Position numbers and translations under genes: made by a program. The notes below the pieces were generated by a model that saw nothing but the letters and a program-made list of their open reading frames with translations, was not told the origin of the DNA and did not search any database. A stretch of 64,000 nt of DNA from Candidatus Saccharimonadales bacterium (GTDB lineage Bacteria; Patescibacteriota; Saccharimonadia; Saccharimonadales; Saccharimonadaceae): assembly GCA_035704495.1 (NCBI GenBank), contig DASSWW010000038.1, positions 24,389 to 88,388 on the forward strand, in the 5' to 3' direction. Each line of letters opens with the position of its first letter. Positions within the stretch are counted from its first letter, which is position 1. Positions 35,188 to 45,629 of this stretch are shown here, in pieces.

Positions 35188-35784
35188 ATGAACAAACCAA
35201 CCAATTACCTGGTTCCGACAGTCGTCGAAAAAACACACGAAGGCGAACGTGCCTTTGATATTTATTCACGTTTGTTGAATGAACGAATCATCTTTTTAGG
35301 CGAAGACGTTAACGAACATACCGCCAACATTGTGGTGGCGCAGTTGCTACACCTGGCCTATGATGATCCAAAAAAAGACATCAAACTGTATATTAATAGC
35401 CCAGGCGGCAGCGTGTATGACGGTTTGGCAATCTATGACACCATGCAATATATTGCCCCAGATGTTATGACAATTGGGATTGGTTTGCAGGCAAGTATGG
35501 GCGCATTCTTGCTATCTAGCGGTGCCAAAGGTAAACGATTTGCTCTACCAAGTAGCCGTATTATGATTCATCAGCCATCTAGCGGTACACAGGGTAAAGT
35601 CAGTGACCAAGAGATTACACTACGCGAAAGCCTGTTTTTGAAACATCGTTTGAATGAAATCCTTGCTAAAAACACTGGTCAAAAACTAACCAAGATTGAA
35701 AAAGACGCCGACCGCGATTTTTGGATGAGCGCCGAAGAGGCTGTCACCTATGGGTTAGTCGACGAAGTTATCGAAAAAGCGTAA
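35188..35784 (+). CDS. clpP: ATP-dependent Clp protease proteolytic subunit
   Basis: [11 protein letters not shown], catalytic Ser ([11 protein letters not shown]), His (IMIHQP) and Asp (DADRDFWM). Confidence 0.95.
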   Translation: MNKPTNYLVPTVVEKTHEGERAFDIYSRLLNERIIFLGEDVNEHTANIVVAQLLHLAYDDPKKDIKLYINSPGGSVYDGLAIYDTMQYIAPDVMTIGIGLQASMGAFLLSSGAKGKRFALPSSRIMIHQPSSGTQGKVSDQEITLRESLFLKHRLNEILAKNTGQKLTKIEKDADRDFWMSAEEAVTYGLVDEVIEKA

Positions 35785-35872
35785 CATACTCAGACCACTA
35801 TATTGACACTTTGTACCAAAAGTGATTAAATAATCCTATCCCACATCTCTATGAAAGGAAGGCGGGAGGATC

Positions 35873-36622
35873 TTGGAAAATCTATTGAATATTGCACTCA
35901 GTTCGCTCGAGTGGATAACGGACATGGAGTTGTTTGTTTACATTCCATGGCTTGCTGCTGTTGGCTTGGCAGTTGTCGCCGCTGTGATGCAGCGGAACTT
36001 TCGTACACCACTTTTGGTCGGCACAATTATCTACACGGCGACTAACTTTTTGGTGTTTCTGTATGTCTTTTTGCAGCCTAATCGTTCAGTCGACGACAAT
36101 CGCTGGCTAGAAGGCGCAAAGGTAATAAAAGCACCAAAAATGCCAGAAGTACCTGCTGCGCCAGATTTGAGCGGTATACCGCTTGCTGGTGATACACTGT
36201 CGGAATCTCTGAATGGTTTTAGTGATTCCATGAATGACATTGGCAACACCTTTAATCAGACAAGTGCGTCTGTTACAGCAAATGCTAATCTCTTCAGCGC
36301 GTATCAACATACGTTCGGTCTGTCTAGTGAGTTTCTTCTTTATACGATGTACGGAGTAGGCGCTACACTAGTGGCGTTAATGATTTACATTGTTGCTCAA
36401 TGGTGGCAAAAACGGGCTGAAAAGAAGGCACTTTACGATGTAGTCGCAGAACTACGCAACTTCAAAGCGTATTCAGTTGGTCGTGACATGGCAGGTCATG
36501 CTGCTGAAGGCTGGCCATATAGCGAAAGCTTTGACTTCACTGTCGAAAATGGCTATAGCGGATACGATGCAGTTATGAGACAAGCGCAACAGTCTAATAA
36601 CCAGTATCAGTACGCTGAGTAA
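35873..36622 (+). CDS. Hypothetical membrane protein
   Basis: 249 aa ORF with three or four TM helices. GGGAGGA lies just upstream of the TTG/ATG start region. Confidence 0.6.
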   Translation: MENLLNIALSSLEWITDMELFVYIPWLAAVGLAVVAAVMQRNFRTPLLVGTIIYTATNFLVFLYVFLQPNRSVDDNRWLEGAKVIKAPKMPEVPAAPDLSGIPLAGDTLSESLNGFSDSMNDIGNTFNQTSASVTANANLFSAYQHTFGLSSEFLLYTMYGVGATLVALMIYIVAQWWQKRAEKKALYDVVAELRNFKAYSVGRDMAGHAAEGWPYSESFDFTVENGYSGYDAVMRQAQQSNNQYQYAE

Positions 36623-36665
36623 TCGACGCGCATGCACAATTCTAGATTTAATCCACTATAACCGT

Positions 36666-36721
36666 AGTAGGGTCCACCGGGACCTACTGACGCTCATTCG
36701 AGCGCCAGTAGGTCCCTTTTT
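36666..36721 (+). terminator. Three-arm element: alternative hairpins ending in a terminator (ggacctact...agtaggtcc + CTTTTT)
   Basis: Arm 2 (36680-36688) can pair with arm 1 (36666-36675) or with arm 3 (36707-36715). Only the arm 2/arm 3 pairing is followed by a T-tract. Confidence 0.55.
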
Positions 36722-36763
36722 ACTCGTATAAATACTATTATGCTTTGACATTTATCTTTACGA

Positions 36764-37579
36764 ATGCTTATATATCAGAATATGCTTGAAATAATTGATT
36801 CTGGGGTAGCACAGATAAACAAGCGCGAAAAAGCGGCTCGACTTAACAAGGCCTATTACCCAGACCAACCCACAGGCCAAGATGCCTGGGTGGCGGACAA
36901 AGATAACGGTGTTTTTGCTGTTGCTGACGGCGTGGCGCAGTCGCCAGATGCTGATAAAGCAGCACAGGCAGCCTGCCATGAGTTTCTGACGCGACTAACA
37001 GGCAGTGATCGACCGCAAACTGCCGAACAAGCAAAAGATCTAATCAAGCACCACGATCTGCTCGGTCATCTACATAGAGCAGCGTTGCAAGCGGATGCGA
37101 TGACTACATTTACTGGCATGGTAGTAACACCTGACGACATGATGACGTATGTGCATGTTGGTGATTCGCGACTTTATTTGCGCCGCGGTGACCAAATCGA
37201 AGCACTGACCAGTGAACAAGTTATCGATAATAAATATCGCAATATGCTTTATAACTACCTAGGTTATGATAAGTATTATGATAGAATTCGATCGATTAAT
37301 TTGACGCCGCAACCAAACACCATGGCTGGCTATCCGCTAGCTCAGGCAGAATGGGGAACGCGGCAATTGCAAGCAAATGATCGATTTTTGCTGGTAACCG
37401 ATGGTGTTACGGGTGATTTGGACGCAGACCGACTGAGTGACGAAACATTACTGTTGCATACTTCTTTAAAGTTGGGCGCGGCCGCAGCAGCCTACGCACT
37501 GGTTGATCGTTCGACTAAAATTGATGATACAACGGCCGTCGTTTTTGATATTGGTACATCTGGAAAAACCTCTGTATAA
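36764..37579 (+). CDS. PP2C-family Ser/Thr protein phosphatase
   Basis: FAVADGV, MTTFTGMVV, VHVGDSRLYL, LLVTDGV and DDTTAVVFDI match PP2C motifs. The start may instead be the ATG at 36782. Confidence 0.8.
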   Translation: MLIYQNMLEIIDSGVAQINKREKAARLNKAYYPDQPTGQDAWVADKDNGVFAVADGVAQSPDADKAAQAACHEFLTRLTGSDRPQTAEQAKDLIKHHDLLGHLHRAALQADAMTTFTGMVVTPDDMMTYVHVGDSRLYLRRGDQIEALTSEQVIDNKYRNMLYNYLGYDKYYDRIRSINLTPQPNTMAGYPLAQAEWGTRQLQANDRFLLVTDGVTGDLDADRLSDETLLLHTSLKLGAAAAAYALVDRSTKIDDTTAVVFDIGTSGKTSV

Positions 37580-37583
37580 ACCC

Positions 37584-37612
37584 TTGACTATTACGTAAAA
37601 CTTACGCATAAT
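37584..37612 (+). promoter_or_regulatory. Putative rpoBC promoter
   Basis: TTGACT, 17 nt, CATAAT. About 135 nt of leader precede the GAGGAG RBS. Confidence 0.6.
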
Positions 37613-37749
37613 GAATAGTAAGAAGTAGTGTACCTTTGGTTACTTATGCCCGCTAGTTAGATGGCACTAACTACAGAGCAGACCAGAGTTTAGGGAATCT
37701 TCGGCGCCGATTACCCAAAACAATTTAATCCTAATAGCGAGGAGATACA

Positions 37750-40700
37750 ATGGCAAAATCCAAGCCTGACGTGGCTAAGCGCGTGTTTTTTACAAAAGAA
37801 GATACGGCTTTACCAATACCAAATCTAATCGCTCACCAAAAAGATTCTTGGCGTGAATTCGTCGAGACTGGTTTGAGCGAAATTTTTGCAGAACTTAATC
37901 CGATAGAGGATTACACTGGTCAAAAGTTAGAACTGCGTTTCAAAGAATATGCGTTCCAAGAACCAAAAACCAGTGAGCAAGACGCCAAAGAAAACAACTT
38001 GACATTTGACGCGCCGCTGCACGCCAACGTCGAATTGACCAACAAAGTCACTGGCGAAGTCAAAGAACAAGAAATCTACCTAGGTGATTATCCATGGATG
38101 ACCGACCGCGGTACATTTGTGATTAACGGTACGGAACGTGTTGTCGTTTCACAGCTTATCCGATCTGCTGGTGTATTCTTTACTGCTGACAATACCGTCG
38201 GCCGTCACAATTACGGTGCCAAACTGATTCCTGGCCGTGGTGCATGGTTAGAATTTGAAACCGCAGCAAACGGAACGATCTATGTCAAAATCGACCGCCG
38301 CCGTAAACTACCAATTACGACATTGCTACGCGCACTTGGTCATAACAAAACATCCGAAATTAAAAGTCTGTTTGCCGATGTTGACACCGGCGATGTGAAA
38401 TACATCGATGCGACACTCGAAAAAGATCCAGCTCGTGGTGCCAACGAAGCATTAATCGAAGTCTACCGCCGCCTGCGACCAGGTGACTTGGCGACTGTCG
38501 ATAACGCTCGTAGCATGATTGAACGTATGTTCTTTGACTTTAAACGATTCGACTATAGTCGTGTCGGCCGCTACAAATTAAACCAACGCCTAGGACTGGA
38601 AGTGCCAAACACGACCGAAAACCGTGTTTTCCAGATGAGTGACTTGATTGCCATTATCAAGGAAATTATTCGCTTGAATAATACTCAGGATCCTGCCGAC
38701 GATATTGACGCATTGTCTAATCGCCGCGTCAAATTAGTTGGTGAATTGGTTGCCCGCCAGTTCCGCGTTGGTATGCTTCGCATGCAACGTAACGCTATGG
38801 ACCGCATGAGTATGAGTGATTTGGAAACAGTGACCCCTGGTCAGTTGATTAATGCTCGTCCAGTTGTTGCCGCTGTCCGCGAATTCTTTGCCAGCTCACA
38901 GCTGTCACAGTTGATGGACGAAGTAAATCCGCTATCAGAACTATCACACAAACGCCGCCTAAGTAGCATGGGTCCTGGTGGACTTTCACGCGAACGCGCC
39001 GGCTTTGACGTTCGTGACGCTCACCCAACGCATTATGGCCGTCTGAGCGCCGTCGAAACACCAGAAGGTGCCAACATTGGACTGGTACTTAACCTGGCAA
39101 CGTATGCTCGCGTTAATGAATACGGTTTTATTGAAACACCATATCGAAAAGTTGTTAACGGTAAAGTCACTGACAAAATTGAATTCCTCGATGCTGCTCA
39201 GGAACTTGACGAAGTGATTGCCGATGCTGGTGCACCATTAAATAACGACGGCAGTTTTGCTGTCGAACGTGTCAGTGCTCGTAACAGCCTGAATCCAGAA
39301 CAAGTTGACGCTAGTGAAGTGACCTACATGGACGCTGCCTACAAACAGATTCTTGGTCCACCAGATAGCTTGATTCCATTCATCGAGAAAAACCGTGTCG
39401 ACCGTTCACTGACAGGTACAAACATGCAGAAGCAGGCTGTACCACTTTTGACACCAGAATCTCCTACTGTTGGAACTGGTATCGAAACAGAAGTTGCCAA
39501 AAACACTAGCCAATTAGTCTGCGCTGAAGCTGCTGGCGAAGTGGTTCGTGCTGATGCCGACGAAGTACATGTTAAATACAAAGACGGTGTCAAAATTTAC
39601 GAAGTGATTCACTTTGCAAAATCAAATGACGACCGCTCAATTAACCAAAAAGTGTGTGTAACTCGTGGTCAAAAAGTTTCTGCTGGTGACGCGCTAATCC
39701 AGGGTGCGTCAGTCGCTGATAGCGAAATCGCACTCGGTCGTGACCTAACTGTGGCCTTTATGCCATGGGGCGGTTACAACATGGACGACGCTATCGTACT
39801 TTCAGACCGTATCGTAAAAGACGACGCATTGACCAGTATTAACATCAAAGATTACACCGTTGAAGTTCGCGAAACCAAACTTGGTCCAGAAATCGTCACT
39901 CGTGACATTCCAAACGTTTCCGAAGATTCACTTCGTCACCTAGACGAAAACGGTATCGTTCAAGTTGGTTCAGAGGTAAAAGCTGGCGATGTACTTGTTG
40001 GTAAAATTACGCCAAAGGGCGAGCAAGAGCTCAGTTCAGAAGAACGACTACTCCGCGCTATCTTTGGTGAAAAAGCCAAAGACGTTCGCGACACATCACA
40101 ACGTATGAACAACGCTGGTGGTGGTAAAGTTGTCGGTGTTAAAATCTTTAGCCGCGAAAACGGCCACGAATTAAAAGCTGGCGTATTGATGCAGATTCAA
40201 ATCTTCGTTGCACAACTACGCAAAATTAGCGTTGGTGACAAGTTAGCTGGTCGTCACGGTAACAAGGGTGTTGTAGCGCGTATTTTGCCTGTTGAAGATA
40301 TGCCATTCATGGAAGACGGCACACCTGTTGACGTCATTCTCAACCCACTTGGTGTCCCAAGCCGTATGAATATCGGACAGTTGTTCGAAACTCACCTAGG
40401 TATGGCTGCACGCGCACTTGGCTACAAAGTAGCAACCCCACCATTTAACGGCGTAAGTGACGCAATCATCAGCGACGAGCTAGAAAAAGCTGGCTATGCC
40501 CGCGATGGTAAATCACAGCTATTTGACGGCCGAACTGGTGATGCATTTGAAGAACGTACTACTGTTGGTGTCATGCACATCATCAAACTGCACCACATGG
40601 TTAGTGACAAAATCCACGCTCGTTCAACCGGACCGTACACAATGGTCACGCAGCAACCACTTGGTGGTAAAGCGCAAAACGGTGGTCAGCGATTCGGAGA

Positions 40701-41106
40701 GATGGAAGTCTGGGCACTTGAAGCTTACGGCGCAGCAACAACCTTGCAGGAAATGCTGACAATCAAATCGGACGATGTCTATGGTCGTGCCAAGGCCTAC
40801 GAATCAATCATCAAAAACGAAGCGATTGTTGGTCCAAAACTGCCAGAATCGTTCAACGTGTTGGTGAAAGAATTGCAAGGACTTGGTCTGCGTGTTGATT
40901 TGCTTGATGAAAGCGAAGACGCCGTTATCGATGCCGAACAAATCATTGCTACCAGTGGCCCTGCCGATAAAACGGTACCAGCTGAATTTGTTGCTGATGA
41001 TAATCCTGAAACAGTCCTGGACGAAGCCGATGAACTTGGTGACATGGAAGACGGTGTAAGTATTCAAGATATTGATGAAATAGAAGAAATAAAGGAGGAG
41101 GCGTAA
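37750..41106 (+). CDS. rpoB: DNA-directed RNA polymerase subunit beta
   Basis: 1118 aa with the Rif-cluster region SQLSQLMDEVNPLSELSHKRRLS..GPGGLSRERAGFDVRD and the catalytic-region GRHGNKGV. Confidence 0.97.
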   Translation: MAKSKPDVAKRVFFTKEDTALPIPNLIAHQKDSWREFVETGLSEIFAELNPIEDYTGQKLELRFKEYAFQEPKTSEQDAKENNLTFDAPLHANVELTNKVTGEVKEQEIYLGDYPWMTDRGTFVINGTERVVVSQLIRSAGVFFTADNTVGRHNYGAKLIPGRGAWLEFETAANGTIYVKIDRRRKLPITTLLRALGHNKTSEIKSLFADVDTGDVKYIDATLEKDPARGANEALIEVYRRLRPGDLATVDNARSMIERMFFDFKRFDYSRVGRYKLNQRLGLEVPNTTENRVFQMSDLIAIIKEIIRLNNTQDPADDIDALSNRRVKLVGELVARQFRVGMLRMQRNAMDRMSMSDLETVTPGQLINARPVVAAVREFFASSQLSQLMDEVNPLSELSHKRRLSSMGPGGLSRERAGFDVRDAHPTHYGRLSAVETPEGANIGLVLNLATYARVNEYGFIETPYRKVVNGKVTDKIEFLDAAQELDEVIADAGAPLNNDGSFAVERVSARNSLNPEQVDASEVTYMDAAYKQILGPPDSLIPFIEKNRVDRSLTGTNMQKQAVPLLTPESPTVGTGIETEVAKNTSQLVCAEAAGEVVRADADEVHVKYKDGVKIYEVIHFAKSNDDRSINQKVCVTRGQKVSAGDALIQGASVADSEIALGRDLTVAFMPWGGYNMDDAIVLSDRIVKDDALTSINIKDYTVEVRETKLGPEIVTRDIPNVSEDSLRHLDENGIVQVGSEVKAGDVLVGKITPKGEQELSSEERLLRAIFGEKAKDVRDTSQRMNNAGGGKVVGVKIFSRENGHELKAGVLMQIQIFVAQLRKISVGDKLAGRHGNKGVVARILPVEDMPFMEDGTPVDVILNPLGVPSRMNIGQLFETHLGMAARALGYKVATPPFNGVSDAIISDELEKAGYARDGKSQLFDGRTGDAFEERTTVGVMHIIKLHHMVSDKIHARSTGPYTMVTQQPLGGKAQNGGQRFGEMEVWALEAYGAATTLQEMLTIKSDDVYGRAKAYESIIKNEAIVGPKLPESFNVLVKELQGLGLRVDLLDESEDAVIDAEQIIATSGPADKTVPAEFVADDNPETVLDEADELGDMEDGVSIQDIDEIEEIKEEA

Positions 41107-41107
41107 G

Positions 41108-44100
41108 ATGAGTCGTATTCTCGCTAATAACGGTATTGCTGACTTTGATGCAGTCCGCCTGGCAGTTGCTAGCCCTGATGACATTATGAAATGGAGTCAC
41201 GGTGAAGTTACAAAACCAGAAACGATTAACTATCGTACACAAAAACCAGAACGTGATGGTTTGTTCTGTGAACGTATTTTCGGGCCAGTCAAAGACATCA
41301 ACCCGCACGATAACAAACTAAAGGGCGTCCGATCACGCGAGGCAGCAATCGATAAAAACGGTGAACTTGTCACCAAATCTATCGTTCGCCGCGAACGCAT
41401 GGCGCATATCAGCCTAGCAGCACCAGTAGCACACATTTGGTTTATGCGCGGCACCCCAAGTGCGATGTCACTACTGCTTGGTATTACTGTTCGCAACCTA
41501 GAACGTATCGCTTATTTTGCAACCTATGTTGTATTAGATGTTGATGTAGAAAAGCGTGATCAGATGCTCGCTGACCTAGAAGCCGAAACCGAAGCTGCCC
41601 GTATGGCAATTAAGCTACGCTTTGAAAAAGAAGCGGAAGTTGAAAACGCTGACGTTAAACAGCTAGCTGAACAACAATCACGCGAAATCGAAGAACTAGA
41701 AGAAAACTACACTACCAAAAAAACTCAGCTAGACAGCTTGGTCAAAAATGCGCTCATTAGCGAAACTGACTATCGTAACCTTCCCGAAGAATACGAAGAG
41801 CTCGTCAAAGTAGGCATGGGTGGTACGGCAATGAAAGCACTTCTCGACGAGATCGACCTGCCACAACTGATTGCTGAACTGACCGAAGAAGTCGAAAGTG
41901 CCAAAGGACAGCGCGAAAAGAAGCTGTTGAAGCGTCTGAAGGTGCTAGAAGCAATGCATGCTGCTGGCATCAAACCAAACAGCCTGACACTCACTGTCCT
42001 ACCGGTGATTCCACCGGACCTTCGTCCAATGGTGCAATTGACCGGTGGTCGTTTTGCGACGTCAGATTTGAACGATCTGTATCGCCGTGTCATTAACCGT
42101 AACAACCGTCTGAAAAAACTGATGGATCTTAACGCTCCTGAAGTCATCTGCCGTAACGAAATGCGCATGCTACAAGAAGCCGTCGATGCACTGATTGATA
42201 ACAGCGCTGCCCGTGGTGGTCGTGCCGTTAATGCGACTGGTGGCCGCCGCCGACTCAAATCTATTAGCGACATGCTAAAGGGTAAACAAGGTCGTTTCCG
42301 TCAGAACTTGCTAGGTAAACGTGTCGACTATTCCGCTCGTTCCGTGATTGTGGTTGGTCCAAAGCTAAAGATTCACCAGTGTGGATTGCCAAAACAAATG
42401 GCCCTCGAACTGTTTAAGCCATTCGTCATTAGCTGGTTGATTCGTGGTGAACACGCACACAATATCCGTTCAGCAACTCGTTTGATCGAAGCTGGCGACA
42501 CATTGGTATGGGATGCGCTGGATTCAGTCATCGAAGGCAAATACGTCCTACTAAACCGTGCTCCATCACTTCACCGTCTATCTATCCAAGCGTTTCAGCC
42601 AAAACTAGTCGAAGGCAAAGCAATCCAGCTGCATCCACTGGTTGCAAACGGATTTAACGCCGACTACGATGGTGACCAGATGGCTGTTCACTTGCCGCTA
42701 TCAGACGACGCGCAGCGTGAAGCTCGCGAACTGATGAGTGCAACGAACAACCTGCTAAAACCAGCTGACGGTGCGCCGGTTCTGAACATTGGTCAGGACG
42801 TTGTACTTGGTAACTATTACTTAACGTACGAAAAACCAAGTGCTCAAACTGATGATGTCAAAGCCTACAGTTCTGTCTATGAAGCCGAAATGGCCTATGA
42901 TAACCACAAATTGCAGCTGCAAAGCCCGATTCGTGTCTATGCAAAGGGTGAAATCCGCAATACGACGCTTGGCCGAGTATTCTTTAACGAAATTCTGCCA
43001 GCTGACTATCCGTACGACAATTCGGTTCAGAACAAAAAGCAGTTGAAAAAAGTATTGGCAAAAATCTTTACCAAGTATGGTGCCGAAGAAACAGCCAAAA
43101 CAGCTGACAAAATGAAGGGACTTGCTTTCCGATTTGCAACGATTGCCGCTGTATCGACCGGTAAAGACGACTACATTCAGTTTGATGAAATTGGTGAGTT
43201 TGTGGCCGAAGGTGACGCCAAAACGACATTGATTTCGGAACAGTTTGACCAAGGTCTTGTTACCGAGGACGAACGATATACGCTGACTGTTGCTGCATGG
43301 CGTAGTGTTGACCGTAAAGTAACCGAATTCTTGCAGGACAAGTTGAAAGACATGGATACAAGTATCAGTGTCATGGTCAACTCTGGTGCCCGTGGTGATA
43401 TTAGTAACGTCAAGCTTGCTAGCGCGATGGTTGGTATCATGGTGGACGCCAGCAACAAAGAAATTGAGTTGCCGATTCGCTCTAACTACAAAGACGGGCT
43501 TAGTTCACTTGAACAATTTGTGGCTACTCGTGGTGCACGTAAGGGTCTGATCGACACCGCTCTAAAGACCGCTGACTCGGGTTATCTGACTCGTCGTCTG
43601 GTTGATGTGTCGCAAGACGTCTTTACAGTGGAAGATTCTGCTGGTGACGATGATGGTTTTGCTATCAACCGTAGCGAATCTGAACTGACGATGATCGACT
43701 TTGGTAACCGTTTGGCTGGTCGTTTTACCGCCGAAGAAGTACCTGGTCATGTTGGCAAGGACGAGCTGATTACGCGAGAAATTGCTGACAGTATCGAAGC
43801 TGACAGCAAGATTGAAAGTGTCAAAATCCAATCAGTACTTTCTACCAAGAACCTACGCGGTATTCCACAGCGAAGCTACGGCCTAGATATGGCGACTGGC
43901 GCTTTGGTCGCCAAAGCACAGCCAGTCGGCGTTATCGCCGCCCAGTCTGTCGGTGAACCTGGTACACAGCTGACGCTGAAAACCTTCCACGCCGGTGGTG
44001 TGGCTGGTGGTGACATCACCCAGGGTCTGCCACGTGTTGAAGAGTTGTTCGAAGCACGCTCTCCAAAAGGTCAAGCAAATATGACAGAAGTCGCTGGTAC

Positions 44101-44938
44101 GGTTGATGTTTGGGAAGATGGCAAAAAGTATGTTGTCCAAGTCACCCCTGAAGCTGGCCATGTTGAACGTATCGCCCTCGAAGGTCGTACGGTAACAGTC
44201 AAAGCTGGCAGTAATGTCAAAGTTGGCGATGTACTGGCAACCGCCGAAAGCGAAAGCAAGCCACTTGTCGCACCATTTGATGGTGTCGTCGAGATAGCCG
44301 GAAAGACACTTGTACTGGCCGCTAACGCTGGTGCGCCAGTTCGTTACGAAATCCCAGGCAGTACACAATTAGTCGTTCGTGCGGGTGATGCCGTCGAAGC
44401 GGGTGATCGCCTGACAATTGGTTCATTGAACTTGCACGACTTGATGCGTCTAAAGGGTACCGAAGCGACGCAACGTTATATCATTAACGAAGTATTGCGC
44501 ATTTACGCTGCACAGGGTCAAGACGTTGCTGACAAGCACCTCGAGATCATCGTGCGACAAATGTTCAGCCGTGTTCAAATCGAAGATCCAGGCGATAGTG
44601 CATTTGTCACCGGCGACATTGTGTCAAAAGCATCTGTTGTCGAAGCAAACGCCGAACTGGCTGCCGAAGGCAAAGACTTGGTTGGTTACACGCAACTGTT
44701 GCTTGGTATCACCAAGGTGTCTATCTGGAGTGATAGCTGGCTATCTGCTGCATCGTTCCAAGATACGACTCGTGTGCTGATTAACGCAGCCGTCAGTGGT
44801 CGTGCCGACCGACTGCATGGTCTAAAAGAAAACGTTATCATTGGCCGCAAGATTCCTGTCGGAACTGGTGTCATTAATAACGAACAAGAAGACGATATCG
44901 CTCAAGATATCGCCGAAGACCTAGAACTGTCTGCTTAG
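41108..44938 (+). CDS. rpoC: DNA-directed RNA polymerase subunit beta-prime (both canonical Zn sites lack Cys)
   Basis: 1276 aa with the NADYDGDQM active site, the RRERM.HI.LA.P.AHIWF clamp region, and bridge-helix and trigger-loop regions. Confidence 0.97.
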   Translation: MSRILANNGIADFDAVRLAVASPDDIMKWSHGEVTKPETINYRTQKPERDGLFCERIFGPVKDINPHDNKLKGVRSREAAIDKNGELVTKSIVRRERMAHISLAAPVAHIWFMRGTPSAMSLLLGITVRNLERIAYFATYVVLDVDVEKRDQMLADLEAETEAARMAIKLRFEKEAEVENADVKQLAEQQSREIEELEENYTTKKTQLDSLVKNALISETDYRNLPEEYEELVKVGMGGTAMKALLDEIDLPQLIAELTEEVESAKGQREKKLLKRLKVLEAMHAAGIKPNSLTLTVLPVIPPDLRPMVQLTGGRFATSDLNDLYRRVINRNNRLKKLMDLNAPEVICRNEMRMLQEAVDALIDNSAARGGRAVNATGGRRRLKSISDMLKGKQGRFRQNLLGKRVDYSARSVIVVGPKLKIHQCGLPKQMALELFKPFVISWLIRGEHAHNIRSATRLIEAGDTLVWDALDSVIEGKYVLLNRAPSLHRLSIQAFQPKLVEGKAIQLHPLVANGFNADYDGDQMAVHLPLSDDAQREARELMSATNNLLKPADGAPVLNIGQDVVLGNYYLTYEKPSAQTDDVKAYSSVYEAEMAYDNHKLQLQSPIRVYAKGEIRNTTLGRVFFNEILPADYPYDNSVQNKKQLKKVLAKIFTKYGAEETAKTADKMKGLAFRFATIAAVSTGKDDYIQFDEIGEFVAEGDAKTTLISEQFDQGLVTEDERYTLTVAAWRSVDRKVTEFLQDKLKDMDTSISVMVNSGARGDISNVKLASAMVGIMVDASNKEIELPIRSNYKDGLSSLEQFVATRGARKGLIDTALKTADSGYLTRRLVDVSQDVFTVEDSAGDDDGFAINRSESELTMIDFGNRLAGRFTAEEVPGHVGKDELITREIADSIEADSKIESVKIQSVLSTKNLRGIPQRSYGLDMATGALVAKAQPVGVIAAQSVGEPGTQLTLKTFHAGGVAGGDITQGLPRVEELFEARSPKGQANMTEVAGTVDVWEDGKKYVVQVTPEAGHVERIALEGRTVTVKAGSNVKVGDVLATAESESKPLVAPFDGVVEIAGKTLVLAANAGAPVRYEIPGSTQLVVRAGDAVEAGDRLTIGSLNLHDLMRLKGTEATQRYIINEVLRIYAAQGQDVADKHLEIIVRQMFSRVQIEDPGDSAFVTGDIVSKASVVEANAELAAEGKDLVGYTQLLLGITKVSIWSDSWLSAASFQDTTRVLINAAVSGRADRLHGLKENVIIGRKIPVGTGVINNEQEDDIAQDIAEDLELSA

Positions 44939-44953
44939 GTAGCTGTTCATTCT

Positions 44954-44987
44954 AAAATAACCCGCTTCATACGAGGCGGGTTATTTT
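44954..44987 (+). terminator. Rho-independent terminator after rpoC
   Basis: aaaataacccgc-ttcatacgag-gcgggttatttt. Confidence 0.85.
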
Positions 44988-45028
44988 CTATTATGTTAAT
45001 CCGTATATTTGCTAGTGGTTTTTATAGC

Positions 45029-45057
45029 TTGAAATTCAACAGCTAATCTGTTAGTAT
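45029..45057 (+). promoter_or_regulatory. Putative rpsL-rpsG promoter
   Basis: TTGAAA, 17 nt, TAGTAT. About 150 nt of leader follow. Confidence 0.55.
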
Positions 45058-45212
45058 GATATATGAGTTTCCTCTAGTCGGATTATTTGGTGAATAGAAT
45101 GTGTACACACCGAATAAACGCTTACTAGAATGACATAGCGAGGCGATGCTGAAGCCAGACTATACAACCGAGGTACTACTTACCTCAATTTAATTGAATA
45201 ACAGGAGTTTTA

Positions 45213-45629
45213 ATGCCAACAATCAATCAATTGGTGCGTAAACCACGTACGACGGCGAATAAAAAGTCGAAGTCGCCAGCGCTTGGCCGCATCCACAACG
45301 CACTAAAAACGCGTTATTATGATCAAAACGCTCCACTAAAACGTGGCGTTTGTATCAAAGTAACAACCAAAACGCCTAAAAAGCCAAACTCAGCCCTACG
45401 TAAAGTAGCGCGTGTTCGTTTGACTAATGGCCAAGAAGTTTGGGCTTATATCGGTGGTGAAGGTCACAACCTACAAGAACACGCCGTTGTGCTGGTTCGT
45501 GGTGGTCGTGTTCCTGACCTTCCAGGTGTTCGTTATCACATCGTCCGTGGTGCACTTGACCTGCAAGGCGTTGCAAAACGCCAGCAAGGCCGTTCTAAAT
45601 ACGGTGCAAAGAAGGAGGATAAGAAGTAA
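45213..45629 (+). CDS. rpsL: 30S ribosomal protein S12
   Basis: [20 protein letters not shown] and [10 protein letters not shown]. The otherwise universal RVKDLPGVRY reads [10 protein letters not shown] here. Confidence 0.97.
   Translation: MPTINQLVRKPRTTANKKSKSPALGRIHNALKTRYYDQNAPLKRGVCIKVTTKTPKKPNSALRKVARVRLTNGQEVWAYIGGEGHNLQEHAVVLVRGGRVPDLPGVRYHIVRGALDLQGVAKRQQGRSKYGAKKEDKK

Noticed and set aside
37750-44938. Numerous 60-170-aa antisense or out-of-frame ORFs inside rpoB and rpoC (and similarly inside pepN, clpC, the PBP1A gene, fusA and tuf).
   Set aside because: They are shadow ORFs within strongly supported conserved genes. They have low-complexity or Ser/Arg-rich translations and no RBS.
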